Origin: the human T2T-CHM13v2.0 reference genome, Homo sapiens
Direction: 5' to 3' (one strand)
Assembly (NCBI RefSeq): GCF_009914755.1
Contig: NC_060934.1
DNA length: 64,000 nt
A program made the translations under genes and the position numbers. Position 1 is the stretch's first letter, and the number at the start of each line of letters is the position of its first letter. Below, piece after piece: positions 30,422-44,620 of the stretch. The notes beneath the pieces were generated by a model that saw only the letters and a program-made list of their open reading frames with translations, did not search any database and was not told where the DNA came from.

Positions 30422-31760
30422 ATGGCCTGTAAATGTTCAAGTGAAGGGAAGAGTCACATGTCTCTCACTTGAAATCAAAAGCTAGAAATGATTCAGTTTA
30501 GTGAGAAAGGCAAATCAGGCTGAAAGCCTCTGCACCAAGCAGTCATCCAAGCTGTGAATGCAAAGGAAATGTTCTTGAACAAAATTAAGAGTGTTACTTT
30601 AGTGAACAAACAAATAATAAGAAAGTAAACCAGGCTTATTGCTGATGTGAAGAAAGTGTGAATGGATTAGAAGATCAAACCAGCCACAACATTTCCTTAA
30701 ACCAAAACCTCATCCAGAGCAAGGCCCAAACTCTCTCCGATTTTGGGAAGGCTAAGAGAGGTCAGGAAGCTGCAAAAGAAAAGTTCAAAGCTAGAAGAGG
30801 TTGCTCCATGAAGTTTAAAAAAAGTAGTTGTCTCCATAACATAAAAGTGCAAGGCAAAGCAGCAAGTGCTGATGTAGAAGCTGTAGCAAGTTACCCAGAT
30901 CTAGCTAAAATCATTGTTAAAGATCACTACACTAAACTACAGATTTTCAATGTAGACAAAACAGCCTTTTATTAGAAGAAGATGCCATCTAGGACTTTCA
31001 TAGCTAGAGAGAAGTCAATGCCTGGCTTCAAAACTTCAAAGGACAGGCTGTCTCTCTTGTTAGGGGCTAATGCAAGTGATGACTTTAAGTTGGAGCCAAT
31101 GCTCCTTGGCCATTCTGAAAATCCTAGGGCCCTTAAGAATTATGCTAAATCTACTCTGTCTGTGTTCTAGAAATTGGACAACAAAGCCTGGTGGGTGGCA
31201 CATCTATTTACAGCATGGTTTACTGAGTATTTTAAGTCCACTGTTGAGACCTACTGCTCAGAAAAAGAGATTCCTTTCAAAATATTGCTGCTCATTGATA
31301 ATGTACCTAGTCACCCAAGAGCTCTGGTGGAGATGTACAAGGAAATTAATGTTGTCTTCATGCCTGCTAACATGACATTCATTCTGCAGCCCATGGATCA
31401 AGGAGTAATTTAGACTTTCAAGTCCTATTATTTAAGAAATACATTTTACAAGGCTTTAACTGCCATAAATGATGATTCCTCTGATGGATCTGGCCAAAGT
31501 AAACTGAAAAACTTTCTGGAAAGAATTTGCCTTTCTAGATGCCATTAAGAACACTCATTATTCATGCAAGGAGGTCAACATATCTTTATTAACAAGAATT
31601 TGGAAGAAGTTGACTCCACCCTTCATGGATGACTTTGAGGGGTTCAAGACTTCAGTGAGGAAATCACTGCAGAAGTGATAGAAAGAGGAAGATAACTAGA
31701 ATTAGAAGTGGAACCTGAAGATGTGACTGAATTTCTGCAATCTCATGATCAAACTGGAAT
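30422..31760 (+). pseudogene. Tigger1 pogo/CENP-B-like DDE transposase, inactivated
   Basis: Same-frame ORF pieces 30658-30975, 30982-31170, 31174-31413 with [28 protein letters not shown], separated by TAG stops. Confidence 0.9.
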
Positions 31761-32191
31761 GAATAAGGGGTTCCTTCTTATGGATGAGCAAAGAAAGCCC
31801 TTGAGGAGCATTTTCTCCTCCTGGTGAAGGTGCTGTGAACATTGTGGAAATGACAGCGAAGGATCTCATGACACAGACTCAGTTGATAAAGCAGTGGCAG
31901 GGTTTCGGAGGACTGACTCCAATTCTGAATGGAGTTCGGAATGTATGGGTAAAACACTATCAGACAACACTGCATGCTACAGAGAAATCTTTCATGAAAG
32001 GAAGAGTCAACTGGCACAGCAAACTTCACTGTTGTCTTATTTTAAGAAATTGCCACAGCCACCCTAACCTTCAGCAACCACCATCCTGATCAGTCAGCAG
32101 CCATCAACATCAAGGCAAGACCCTTCACCAGGAAAGAGATTAGAACTCACTGAAGTCTTGGATGATTGTTAGCATTTTTTAGCAATGAAGT

Positions 32192-32483
32192 ATTTTCTTT
32201 TTTTGAGACAGAGGCTTGTTCTCTCGCCCAGGCTGGAGTGCAGTGGTGTGATCTCAGCTCACTGCAACCTCCGCCTCCCGGGTTCAAGTGGGTCTCGTGC
32301 TTCAGCCTCCTGAGTAGCTGGGATTACAGGTGTGTGCCACCACTCCAGGTAAGTTTTCTATTTCATAGAGACGGTATTTCACCATGTTGGCCAGGCTGGT
32401 CTTTAATTTCTGACCTCAGGTGATCTGTCTGCCTCAGCCCCCTGAAGTGCTGGGATTACAGGCGTGAGCCACTGTCCCCAGAC
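32192..32483 (-). mobile_element. AluS inside Tigger1
   Basis: Antisense dimer; TSD CAAT(G/A)AAGTATTT. Confidence 0.9.
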
Positions 32484-32496
32484 CAATAAAGTATTT

Positions 32497-32724
32497 AATT
32501 TTTTTATTTCCATAGGTTTTTGGGGAACAAGTGGTATTTGGTTACATAAGTTAGTTCTTTACTGGTGATTTGTGAGATTTTGGTGCACCCATCTCTTGAG
32601 CAGTGTACACTGAACCCAATTTGTAGTCTTTTATCCCTCACTCCCTTCCCACCCTTTCCTCCTGAGTCCCCAAAGTCCATTGTGTCATTCTTATGCCTTT
32701 ACATCCTCATAGCTTAGCTCCCAC
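32497..32724 (-). mobile_element. L1PB-type 3' end inside Tigger1
   Basis: GGGGAACAAGTGGTATTTGGTTACAT..CATAGCTTAGCTCCCAC; TSD CAATAAAGTATTT. Confidence 0.8.
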
Positions 32725-32817
32725 CAATAAAGTATTTTTTAATTAAGCTTGTTTTGTTAGACATAATGCTATTGCACACTTAACAGACCACAGTATAAGT
32801 AGAAACATAACTTTTAT

Positions 32818-34068
32818 TTTATTGCTATTATTTTTGTAATATCTGTCCTAATGAGCATTATGTATTATCTTATTCATAGATTTGACTTGCAGTTTTCTAA
32901 TGACTCATGATGTTGAGTATCTTTTCACGTGTTCATTGGCCATTTGTAGATGTTCTTGGAATAAACATCTACCCAAGACCTTTTTTTCTTTTAACTTTTG
33001 TTTTAGGTTTGGGGGTACATGTGTGGGTTTGTTGTACAGGTAAATTGCATGTCACGGGGTTTGGTGTTCAGATTATTTCATCATCCAGGTAATAAGTATA
33101 GTACTCAACAGGTAGTTTTTGATCCTCTCCCTCCTCCCAGCCTTCACCCTCAAGTAGGCTCTGGTGTCTGTACCCTTCTTTGTGTCCATGTATTTTCAAT
33201 GTTTAGAACCCACTTATAAATGAGAACATGCAGTATCTGGTTTTCTGTTTCTGCATTAGTTCCCTTAGGATAATGGCCTCCAGCTGTATCCATGTTGCTG
33301 CAAAGGACATTATCTCATTCCCTTTTATGACTGTGTCATATTCCATGTGTACACGTACCACTTTTTAAAAATCCAGTCTACCATTGATAGGCATTTAGGT
33401 TGATTCCATGTCTTTGCTATTATGAGTGGTGCTGCGATGAACTTATCAGTGCATATGTCTTTACGGTAAAATGATTTCTATTCCTTTGGATGTATACCCA
33501 ATAATGGAATTGCTTGGTCAAATGGTAATTCTGTTCTAAGTTCTTTGAGAAATTGCCACACTGCCTTCCACAATGGCTGAACTAATTTATATTCCTGCCA
33601 GCAGTTTATAAGTGTTCCCTTTTCTCTGCAACCTCACCAGCATCTGTTATTTTTTGACTTTTTAATACTAACCATTCTGACTGGTGTGAGATTGTATCTC
33701 ATGTGGGTTTTGATTTGCATTTCTCTAATGATTAATGACGTTGTGCATTTTTTCATGTGTTTGCTGGCCACATGTATGTCTTCTTTTGAAAAATGTCTGT
33801 TCATGTCTTTTGTCAGCTTTTTAATGGGGTTGTTTGTTTTCTGTCTGTTAATTTATTTAAGTTCCTGGCAAAGATTCCATGATGAAGATGCCAAAAGCAA
33901 TTGCAACAAAACCAAAAATTGACAAATGGGACCTAATTAAAGTAAAGAGCTTCTGCACGGCAAAAGAAACTATCAACAGAGTAAACAGACAACCTACAGA
34001 ATGGGAGAAATATTTGCAAACTATGCATCCGACAAAGGTCTAATATCCAGAATCTTTAAGAAACTTAA
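32818..34068 (-). mobile_element. Old L1PA insertion with 5' inversion and extra 3' segment
   Basis: Antisense L1PA 3' end ~32980-33865; sense ORF2 piece 33866-34068; TSD AACTTT(T/C)AT. Confidence 0.82.
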
Positions 34069-35264
34069 AACTTTCATATGCACAGGAAAGGAAAAAAATT
34101 GTATTGACTCGCTTTATTGTGATAGTCACTTTATTGCGGTGGTCTGGAACCTGCAATATCTCCAAAGTATGCCTGTACAAGTTTTTGTAGGGCGATATTT
34201 TTCCATGTTTCTTTGGTATATATCTCAAGGTGGAATTGTTGGGTTATTTAAGCAATCATAAGTAGGTTTATAATATATATTCTAGAGATTGTAGGCTATT
34301 CTACCAAGAAACAGAGCTGAGGGCTTAAAGACCTGAGTTTGTCACTTTCCCACCTCTGTAAATTCTCCAGCGCCATCAGAAGCAGCCAGCTGCATTCTTA
34401 AGGCTTTGCCTTCCGGGCCACTCTGCTGCAAGCAACCACAGGTAATTACGGATTCATCACAGGCACTGGAAGACTGAAAGAACAAAAAGCAGATGCTAAG
34501 ATAACCCTGAAATTATTCACACCAGGAAGAAACTACCATCCCAGGCTGAGAGAACAAAAGGGAAGGAATATTGCTATCAGGACCTTGGTGTTGTAGGGAT
34601 TCCACTTAAACCGCTGAGGGAAATCTCTACACAGCTAGTACTGCAGCCTCTGAGAATAGGGTGCCATGTTCTGGAGATCAGACCTTCAGGGGGACATTTT
34701 GTACTGCTAGTGCCTAGACGCTAAGTAGGGTGTTGATAGTGGTGGACCCTCATATTTAAAGGAGGGTCTTCAGTCTAGCTGGTACCTGTACCTCTAAAAA
34801 GGAAGTCTGGCCATACCCTGGATGTCTGAGCTGGCAGCACAACCCAGTGGATATTCCAGTCACTCATGGGGCAGGGATTGTGCCCCACAGATGCTCGAAT
34901 GGTCCAGAAGCACTGGCTCAGGGTGAGAAAAAAAGCATAGCCCACCTGGCTGTACAACTGCAAAGGGGATATGGTCCAGCTCCTGTGGACATCACTGAAC
35001 AGGCACAGCATGGCAGGTGCTGGGAGCAGTCACACAGTGGGCAGCTAGAACCTTCTCCCTGCTGCTATGAGAGCAACACTGATTGGAACTGGACACTGTG
35101 GGGAGAAAAAAGCCTTTTTTGTCCACTTCCTACCTAGCCAATCTCCCCTGAATGCTTCCTATTGACAGAACCTAAAAGGAAGTCAGTTGGTGAGGGGACT
35201 AAGAAGTGGAGTTTGGAGATCTTCAGCTCCAAATGGAGCTGAGAGACCAGAGGGCAGAAGATGA

Positions 35265-35460
35265 AGAGCCAGAAAACCTGGATCCTGGCCCCAACCCAGC
35301 ACTGACTGGGTGAGTAGACTTAAGACATTGCCTAACCTTCTTGTGCCTCAATTTCCTTATTTTAAAAAGCCGGGTACTATCACTGACCTTAGAAGTCAGC
35401 TAGGAAGATAAATCAAGCCAATATATGTATAAGTGCTTTATAAACTCTAAGAGCCATTAT
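35265..35460 (+). mobile_element. MIR
   Basis: CCTAACCTTCTTGTGCCTCAATTTCCTTAT. Confidence 0.6.
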
Positions 35461-36058
35461 GCAAGACATGGTGACGGCTGATCTGTGTTGCTGAAAAGCT
35501 GCGTAAGGGAAGTTTATATGCCCTAGGGTACACATTCACAGGGAAAATTATGTGAGTGAAAGATAAGTCCAAGGATGTGCAAACAGTAGGCAAGCATCAT
35601 ACCAACATGTGAAACCAGAAGAACAAAATACAGCATCAAATGTCTAAACCTGACCCAGACTCCAGGTGCAGGAGAAAGAGTGAATGAGAGCTTTGAGTTA
35701 GATGTCCCTGGTCCAAATTTGTTCTGGTAACAAGTGGGAAGGATAATAGGGAATCCAAGATTCAAGGGGGGCATGGTCATGCAGAGTGGGGGATCGGGAA
35801 CTTGCTGTTCAAGCAGAGGGCAGTTTCTTGGCTTCTGGGGGCAGGTAATTTGCGGAGTCAGGCAGGGCTAAGCATTGCTGGAACAGCCTGGAAGAGGGAA
35901 CAGTCATGCCTTCTCACTGGTGCTCTCCACCTTTGCTCTTGGGGCTGCCCTAGGTGGGTTTCTTTGGTGCTTTTACTGTTATCCTTCACTTTGTTTCTTC
36001 TGGGGACACAATGAGGACAAGCAGCCAGGATGAGTGTCTTGATGACAAAATGGACGAA

Positions 36059-36347
36059 GGCTGGGCGCAGTGGCTCACATCTGTGATCCAAACACTTTGG
36101 GAGCCCAAAGTAGGAGAATTCCTGAAGGCCAGGAGTTCAAGACCAGCTTGGGCAACATTGTGATATCCCGTCTCTACAAAAAAATTTAAACATTAAGCCA
36201 ATCATGATGTCACACACACCTGTAGTCCCAGCTCCTTGGGAGACTGAGATGGGAGGATTGCTTGAGCCCAGGAGTTCGAGGGAACCATGATCATGCCACT
36301 GCCCTCCAGCCTGGGCGACAGAGTGAGAACATGAAAAAAATAAAAAA
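36059..36347 (+). mobile_element. AluJ
   Basis: Diverged dimer. Confidence 0.85.
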
Positions 36348-38829
36348 GGGACCAGAATCATAGTCTTTCCACGTCCCACTTTTACCGAATGGGCATTTTT
36401 GATCATTTATGAAGAGAAAATGTACTTTTTATGACATAAACCACTTCTGTAGAAGGAGTGGCATCTCTGTCCTTCAGTTATTGAAAAAGGAAGCTCCTCA
36501 CCTCTGTCTGTGTCCAGATAGAGCGCTGCACACAATGATTCCCAGAGGCTCCTTCCTGATCCAGCATTGGGAACAATACACTCTCTGTCGTTTCCATAGG
36601 AGAAATCTCCGCCCCCAGCTATGCTCTGAGACATTTCCTTTTTCTCCTCTGACACACACATTACCAAACCTAGGGATTGTGTTCTTTCAAAATTCGCCCT
36701 CAACAAACTACCTGTATGCACCTAAACGAAACAGTTGACCTACTTACCTAACCCAGGCATGCCGGCCACCTGTGTTGTGCCAGTTCTATGATTGGTGATT
36801 TAAGTTGGCTTATCCTCTTTCACCCCACTGCTTGCTATAAATACGTCCCTATAACTTACACCAAGGCAGCAGGTGCCAATTAGAAAGTAGGTTAATGGCT
36901 TCAGAAGGCTTCTGGTCAGTGCTGCTAACAGAAAGAGCAAAGATCTCTTGTGGATCTCCAACAGAGAGCTTGTATATTATCAGACCAGCTGGAAATGTTG
37001 TTCCACCAAATGCATCTCTTTTAAGAGAATGGAGGAATTTTGAAGATAGGGATTGGTCACAGTTCATTCCTCTTCCTCTCCCGAACAAACCAAGTCCAGG
37101 AGTTCGTATGATGCCTCAATGCTTAAACTTTGAACAGTTCCATGAAGGAGTTCCCAGATCCACAATTTCTAGCTAGAAACTCTATGTGCAGGTAACAGTG
37201 CCTCAGGAAGAAGAAACTACATGACTACAGAGAAGCTCGAGAGAGCAGTGGGAGGGACCCAGGTTTGAGATGATGAACTGAGCATGCATTAACTTGCCCT
37301 CTCTCCCCAAATCCCATTGCAATGATAAGAAATGACATTTTCGAAGAATAAATCCATAACAGTGATGGAAAGCAGGAAAAGGTGTCATAGGCAGATCAAA
37401 ATTTATCTCCTAAGGTGTTTAAGAAATTAAATTGTCACTCACACTAATTGTAGTGAGTAAAATAATACAGATTAAAAAAAATCTCCCCCTACTTCTTTAA
37501 GGCCACCAGTGTTCACACCTGATATTTATATTTCACACACACACAGATGATAGGTAGATAGATGACTGATCAATCTATAGATAGACGATTGATCAATCTA
37601 TAGGTAGGTAGTTTGGGAGGGTATGGTTTGTTTTTATATAAATATCACCTTATATAAAATGGATTTATAATACACTATTATTTTATAACATTTTTGTGAC
37701 TTAATAGATCATGCATATCTCTTCACGTCAGTGCAGACAAGTCATACTCATTCTTTTTTAATTGCTGTATAATATTCCATGGCATGAATGTGTCCTAATT
37801 TATTCACCTTCTGCTATTGATGGGCACTCCAGTTGTTTTTAACTTCTTGTCATAATAAACAATTAGGCAACAGGCACTCCTGCACATTCATTCTTATGTA
37901 TTAGCACAGTTACTTTGTAGAAGAGGCTCACAAAGATGGGACTGCTAGATCAAATATATGTGTGTGATTTATCTCTATAAGTATGCATAATTCATATGTT
38001 TGCTATACTACTTGATAATTCACACCTGAATATTATGACAAGTCACTTCTAAATATTTCAGCATGCCTCTCTAGGAATAGAGATTATCTTCTACACAGCT
38101 ATAAAACCACTGCCATATCTAAGGTAATGTAAAATCATTTCATAATATCATCTAATAATTCAGTTCATATTCAAATTTTCTCCAATCGTCCTAAGAATCT
38201 CCTTTACAGTTTTCTCTTTTTGCTAACCAGGTTTCAATCTAGGTTAATGTTATTACATTTGGGTTTTACACCCCTTGGTCTCTTTTAGTGAAGAAGAGTC
38301 CTCTCATTTTTTTTCTTAAGACATTGGCATTTAAGGTGACCAGCCAAGTTATTTTGTAGAATGTCCCACATTCTGGATTGCTCTGATCATTTCTTTCCAT
38401 TAAATCATTTAATTTTTCTCTTTACTTCAGCTATTTCTGAAACTGAAATTTAGATCTAGGGGCTTGATTAGATTAAGGTTACACATTTCTGGCAAGAAAC
38501 ACAAAAATAAATATACATGACATGAGATGTTGTATAATAAATACGTATTTTCAATTGTAATAAACATTGTCAGATTACTTCCCCCAAAGATTGTGTAATA
38601 GCATTGTGCATTTCCACCAGCAATGTCCATTTCTCTGCATCTTAACTGTCCTAGATATTACTGGGATTTTAATTTTTGCAAATTTGATGGATTCTTCAAA
38701 ATGATATATCTCTGTTCATTTGCATTTTCTTGACCGCTATGGAGGTTAAATCCCTAATCATATGTTCCTTGACTACTGGGTAATTCACTTCTATGAATTT
38801 TGTGTTCACATACTATACTTGCTAGAGTA

Positions 38830-39140
38830 ATGTAATTCAAAAGTAAAGAAAATTCAAACTTTTTATTTCTTATTCATGTAACAGTCCAGTGAGGGTGTTT
38901 TGTGCGCAGGTTTCCAGGAGATGATTCAGGGGTGTGGGCTCCTTTCATCCTGTGGTTTCACCATTCCCTGGAGCTTTGGGAAAAGGGGATAGAAAAGCAA
39001 CACCCTTTCCTTAACCTCATTGACCCCGGCAATGACACAATCACTTACCTTGGCAAGAACTAGTCACATGACATCATTAGATAGGGAGGGCAGGGGCTCA
39101 GAAATCTGGCTCCTAGTTGGACAGATGCTTTTCAGAAATG
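38830..39140 (-). mobile_element. Old MLT1 LTR fragment
   Basis: GGCTCCTTTCATCCTGTGG; TTGGCAAGAACTAGTCACATG. Confidence 0.5.
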
Positions 39141-40067
39141 GCATGAGAATATATGGCCATCTTGGCCACTTATCCTTTTGTCCATTTTTCCATTGGGCTG
39201 TCTTTTTTAGAAAAATTGTTAATAAGATTTGTATAATAGAATGGTTTACCATATGTATCCACTATATGTGCTATAAATATCTTTCCTGGTATATTATTTG
39301 TCTTTGAACTCTATTTAGTGTGTCTGTTGTTTATATATATATTTATTTATTTTTCTCTGTGAAGATTCCAAAGTAGGATTCTATTTCATGTGCCTTTTGC
39401 TATACAATTGTTTTTAAATTGTATGCAGTCAAATACGAATATATATACACACACACATATATATGCACACATACACATATATAAAGTCATATTATATATT
39501 TTTTCTATCATATTCCTTCATTTATTGCTCCTGTTTTTTCTGTCTTACTAAGAAGTTACCCTCCAAATAATGCAAATACTATCTTGAATTTTCTTCTAGT
39601 ATTTTTATTATTTAATGTTGTACCTTGCACCTTAACCTATTTGGCATTTTGTTTTTCATATAATACAAATTAAATTCTACATTTGTTTCTTTCTAAATGG
39701 ATAGTCCTTAGTTAGCATTGTTTATTAAATAAGTCATCCTTTCTGGCCTGGCTTGAAATGCCACCTTTGTTTATATTAAATTCCCATATATTCATTAATT
39801 CAATTTCAACTTCTGTTCTCATCCACTGATTTTTCAACATTTATTCTTTCACATGAACTATGTAATGATTGTATGTAGTTCTGAAAAATGGGGAATCTAC
39901 TGGAATCAAATTAAAATAACTGGGAATGACAATTTTTTAAAATTAAATCTTCCCATATAAGAACATGAGCTATCTCTCCATTTATTCATGCTTTATGTTA
40001 ATAATAATTGACAGTTATAGAAAAATATATAAACAAAAGACAAGCTAAATAACATATTTATTTCTAA

Positions 40068-40374
<307 letters not shown>

Positions 40375-40809
40375 AATATGTTATAATTTTTAATGTATGA
40401 ATGAAATATAAAACTTTTTAGCTTCCAACTTTTTACTACTAGCTCAAAGATATTAATTTTGTAAATTCACTTTTATCTGCCTATTTAATAAAATTTTCTT
40501 ATTTAATTCTAATAGTAGGCTTACTTTGATGGTCTGGATATACAGGCATGTCATCTGAAATGAAGACATTGTTGTCTCTTCTGCCTACAGAACCACAGGG
40601 TCAGCTGTGCCCCTTCCCCTTTCAGTATATTCCCATATTACAATTTCTCCTGGATAAAACCAGAGAATGAGTCTCTAAACAAAGTAGGCAGAGAGCTGAA
40701 AAGAAGAAGCTTCAAGGAAGGAGATTCCCAGCATAGGCAATTGGTTACAGAGTGAAGGAAAGTAGAGAATAGGCAGAAAAAAAGGATTCCAGGATGGCTG
40801 AAACAACAT

Positions 40810-42130
<1,321 letters not shown>

Positions 42131-42169
42131 TACATTAGAAAGAAAGGATTTGAGCTTGTCCTTGAAGGT

Positions 42170-42522
42170 TGTAGGTGTGGCAGACTATATTTCTCCTTCC
42201 CCCGCCATAGGGGTGTATGTTGTCCCACCCAGTAATGTTGGCCTGGACCATGAGACTTTCTTTGATCAGAGGAATCAGAGCAGAAGAGCTAGTTCTGAGC
42301 CTAAACCTGAAGACACATTGTATGCTTCCATTCATGTCCCTGGGAGTTTCTACCCTTCACTATGAGAATAATGTGTGAATGTTGCTTAATTCTCAGACTG
42401 AAGCATATCAGCCCCAGCCTACCTACATATCCGCGAGTCCGGTGAGTGAGAAAGAAATACGTGCTGTTTTAGAACACTGAGATTTTAGGCCTGTTTGCGA
42501 TTGCAGCAAAAGTTGATGAATG
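42170..42522 (+). mobile_element. MLT1 LTR
   Basis: GGACCATGAGACTTTCTTTGATCA; GAGAAAGAAATAC..ACTGAGATTTT. Confidence 0.6.
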
Positions 42523-42706
42523 CAGTGGAATTTGAAAATGGGAACGGTAGTAAGAAGTAAAATTCATGCAATTCTCTTTAGGTTACTGATGTTACCAAAC
42601 ACAAAGTCCACTCCTGAAGCCCACTGGGATGTAAAATCCATGACTACAGAGATTTTGTGGGTCTTGTTCATCATTGCATATCATCGGCATCTAACACAGT
42701 GCTTGG

Positions 42707-43287
42707 CTTCTCAGAAGAAAAATAGAATTACCATTCAACCTAGTGATCCCATTTATAGGTAAGTACCCAAAGGAAAATAAATTGCTCTACCAAAAAGTTA
42801 CCTGCTCTCATATGTGTATTGCAGCACTATTCACAATAGCAAAATTATGGGATCAACCTAGGTGCTCATCAACAGTGGATTGGATAAATAAAATGTGGTA
42901 CATATACACCATGGAGTACTATGCAGCCAGAAGTAAGAATGGAATCATGTTTTCTGTAGCAACTGGAGCTGGAAGCCATCCTCCTAAGTCAATTAATGCA
43001 GAAACAGAAAAATCAAATACTGTGGGTTCTCACTTATAAGTGGGAGCAAAACAATGGAGACACATGGACATAAAGGTGAAAACAATAGACACTGGGGCCT
43101 CCAAAAGAGAGAAAGGAGAGAGGAGAGGAAAGGTTGAAATATGACCTGTGGGGTGCCATGTTCACTATTCAGGTGATGGGTTCGATAGAAGCCCAAACTC
43201 CAGCATCTTGAAATATATCCATGTAACAAACCTGCGATGTACTCCTGAAACTAAAATTAAAAAAAAAGAAATAAAATAAAATAAAAA
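42707..43287 (+). mobile_element. L1PB/old L1PA 3' end inserted in an L2
   Basis: GCAGCACTATTCACAATAGCAAA...CATGTAACAAACCTGC plus A tail; TSD ACAGTGCTTGG. Confidence 0.85.
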
Positions 43288-43399
43288 CAGTGCTTGGTCC
43301 TTAAGAGGTATTCACTAATTCATTGTCCAATGAATGAAGTACTGTGAGGGAATGAGTTGTTGAATAAGAAGGGAATGGTTTGACTAGTCTGAAAAGCTA

Positions 43400-43938
43400 A
43401 CCTGAGATAGGATAGGGACAGATTGTAAAGGCCTTGAATATCCCACTAAGGTGACTAAATTTGACTTAGTTGGTAATGAGACTTATGTAACAAGACCCAT
43501 GTAAGACTTTAAGATCAATCAAGAGATGGTGTGTAGGACAGGTGGACAGGGATACTGAAGGCGACAAAACCCATTAAAAACCCACTATTGGAATTGTCCA
43601 AGCCAGGTGTGAGGTGGCACTGACAAAGGTAGTGCTAATAGAAAGGGGAGGAGAAATCATAATGAAATTCTCCATTGTTCCTGGCAACAAATTAAAAGTA
43701 GAAGGTGAAAGAGAATGGGATCCCAGGTTTAGCTTGGAGCCAGCAGCAGAACTGATCTCCAAGGGATGGGCGGCTTTGGGAAATATTAATTTTGACACCC
43801 CAAATGCCATATCTGAGTGCACAGTTGAAAACAGGGGCCTACACCTCAGGAGATGAGTTCTAAGTAGATTTGGGAATTAGAGATCACTCTTAACTGATTT
43901 GGCCGATCCTGAAGCAATAGCAACTGATGAAATAAATG

Positions 43939-43991
<53 letters not shown>

Positions 43992-44620
43992 AAATAAAAA
44001 ATTAACTGATTTGGCCCAGTTCTCAAGTCATGAAAGAGGATGACACCACCAAGGGGTGAATGAGCATAGCAAGAGAGTGTGAAATATCAAAAAGAGAATC
44101 TTGAAAAATGTCATTTACACACACATAGTCCTAACAAGAGGAGAATAGTTGGTGCCAAGCAAAGGAAAACAGGGCAGGGCACACAGGCGCAGAAGCCAGG
44201 GGAGGAAGGGTGTCAAAATCCCACTTGAGGGGACCGGATGAAAAAGCGGCCAGTGGGTGTGGTAATTGGAGGTCGCCCTTAAACGAGTATTAATTCAAGG
44301 CGCAGGTAAGAAACATGGAGAAGAGCAGCGCAAAGCACGTGTGAGGCAAACGCTACGGCAGCACGTGAGGATGGTGGCAGCGAACGAAGGGCAGGATGGA
44401 CCAGGTGTTGAGGGTGACAGCCCAGCTCGGAGAGGTTTTGTTTAGGGTAGGGGAGACCTGAGCACATTTGTAGAAGGCAGTGAAGCCATTGGAGAGAGAT
44501 TGACTATGCTAAGACACAAGAGGGAGAGGAGATACCTGACTGGGCATAAAGGTCAAGAAGTCAAAAACGAACGGAAATGAGAGCCCGGTGCAACCTTAAC
44601 AGCCTTAGAAAGGGAGCTAC
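43400..44620 (-). mobile_element. L2 fragments
   Basis: GTAAAGGCCTTGAAT..; ATTGTCCAAGCCAGG..; purine-rich antisense L2 texture. Confidence 0.55.
43939..43990. repeat. Perfect (GATA)n STR, ~13 units
   Basis: Seen directly. Confidence 0.95.

Larger units (their letters stand above)
30002..34175 (+). mobile_element. Tigger1 (TcMar-Tigger), both ends present, three retroelement inserts
   Basis: TA|CAGG..TCTCATTTTATTGC start; CAATATCTCCAAAGTATGCCTG|TA end; TA TSD; transposase remnants. Confidence 0.93.

Noticed and set aside
30422-31760. Possible domesticated TIGD1-like gene
   Set aside because: Several in-frame stops and N-terminal disruptions
33686-34261. ORFs with L1 ORF2-like peptides (also 42743-43039)
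   Set aside because: Short degenerate L1 3' fragments
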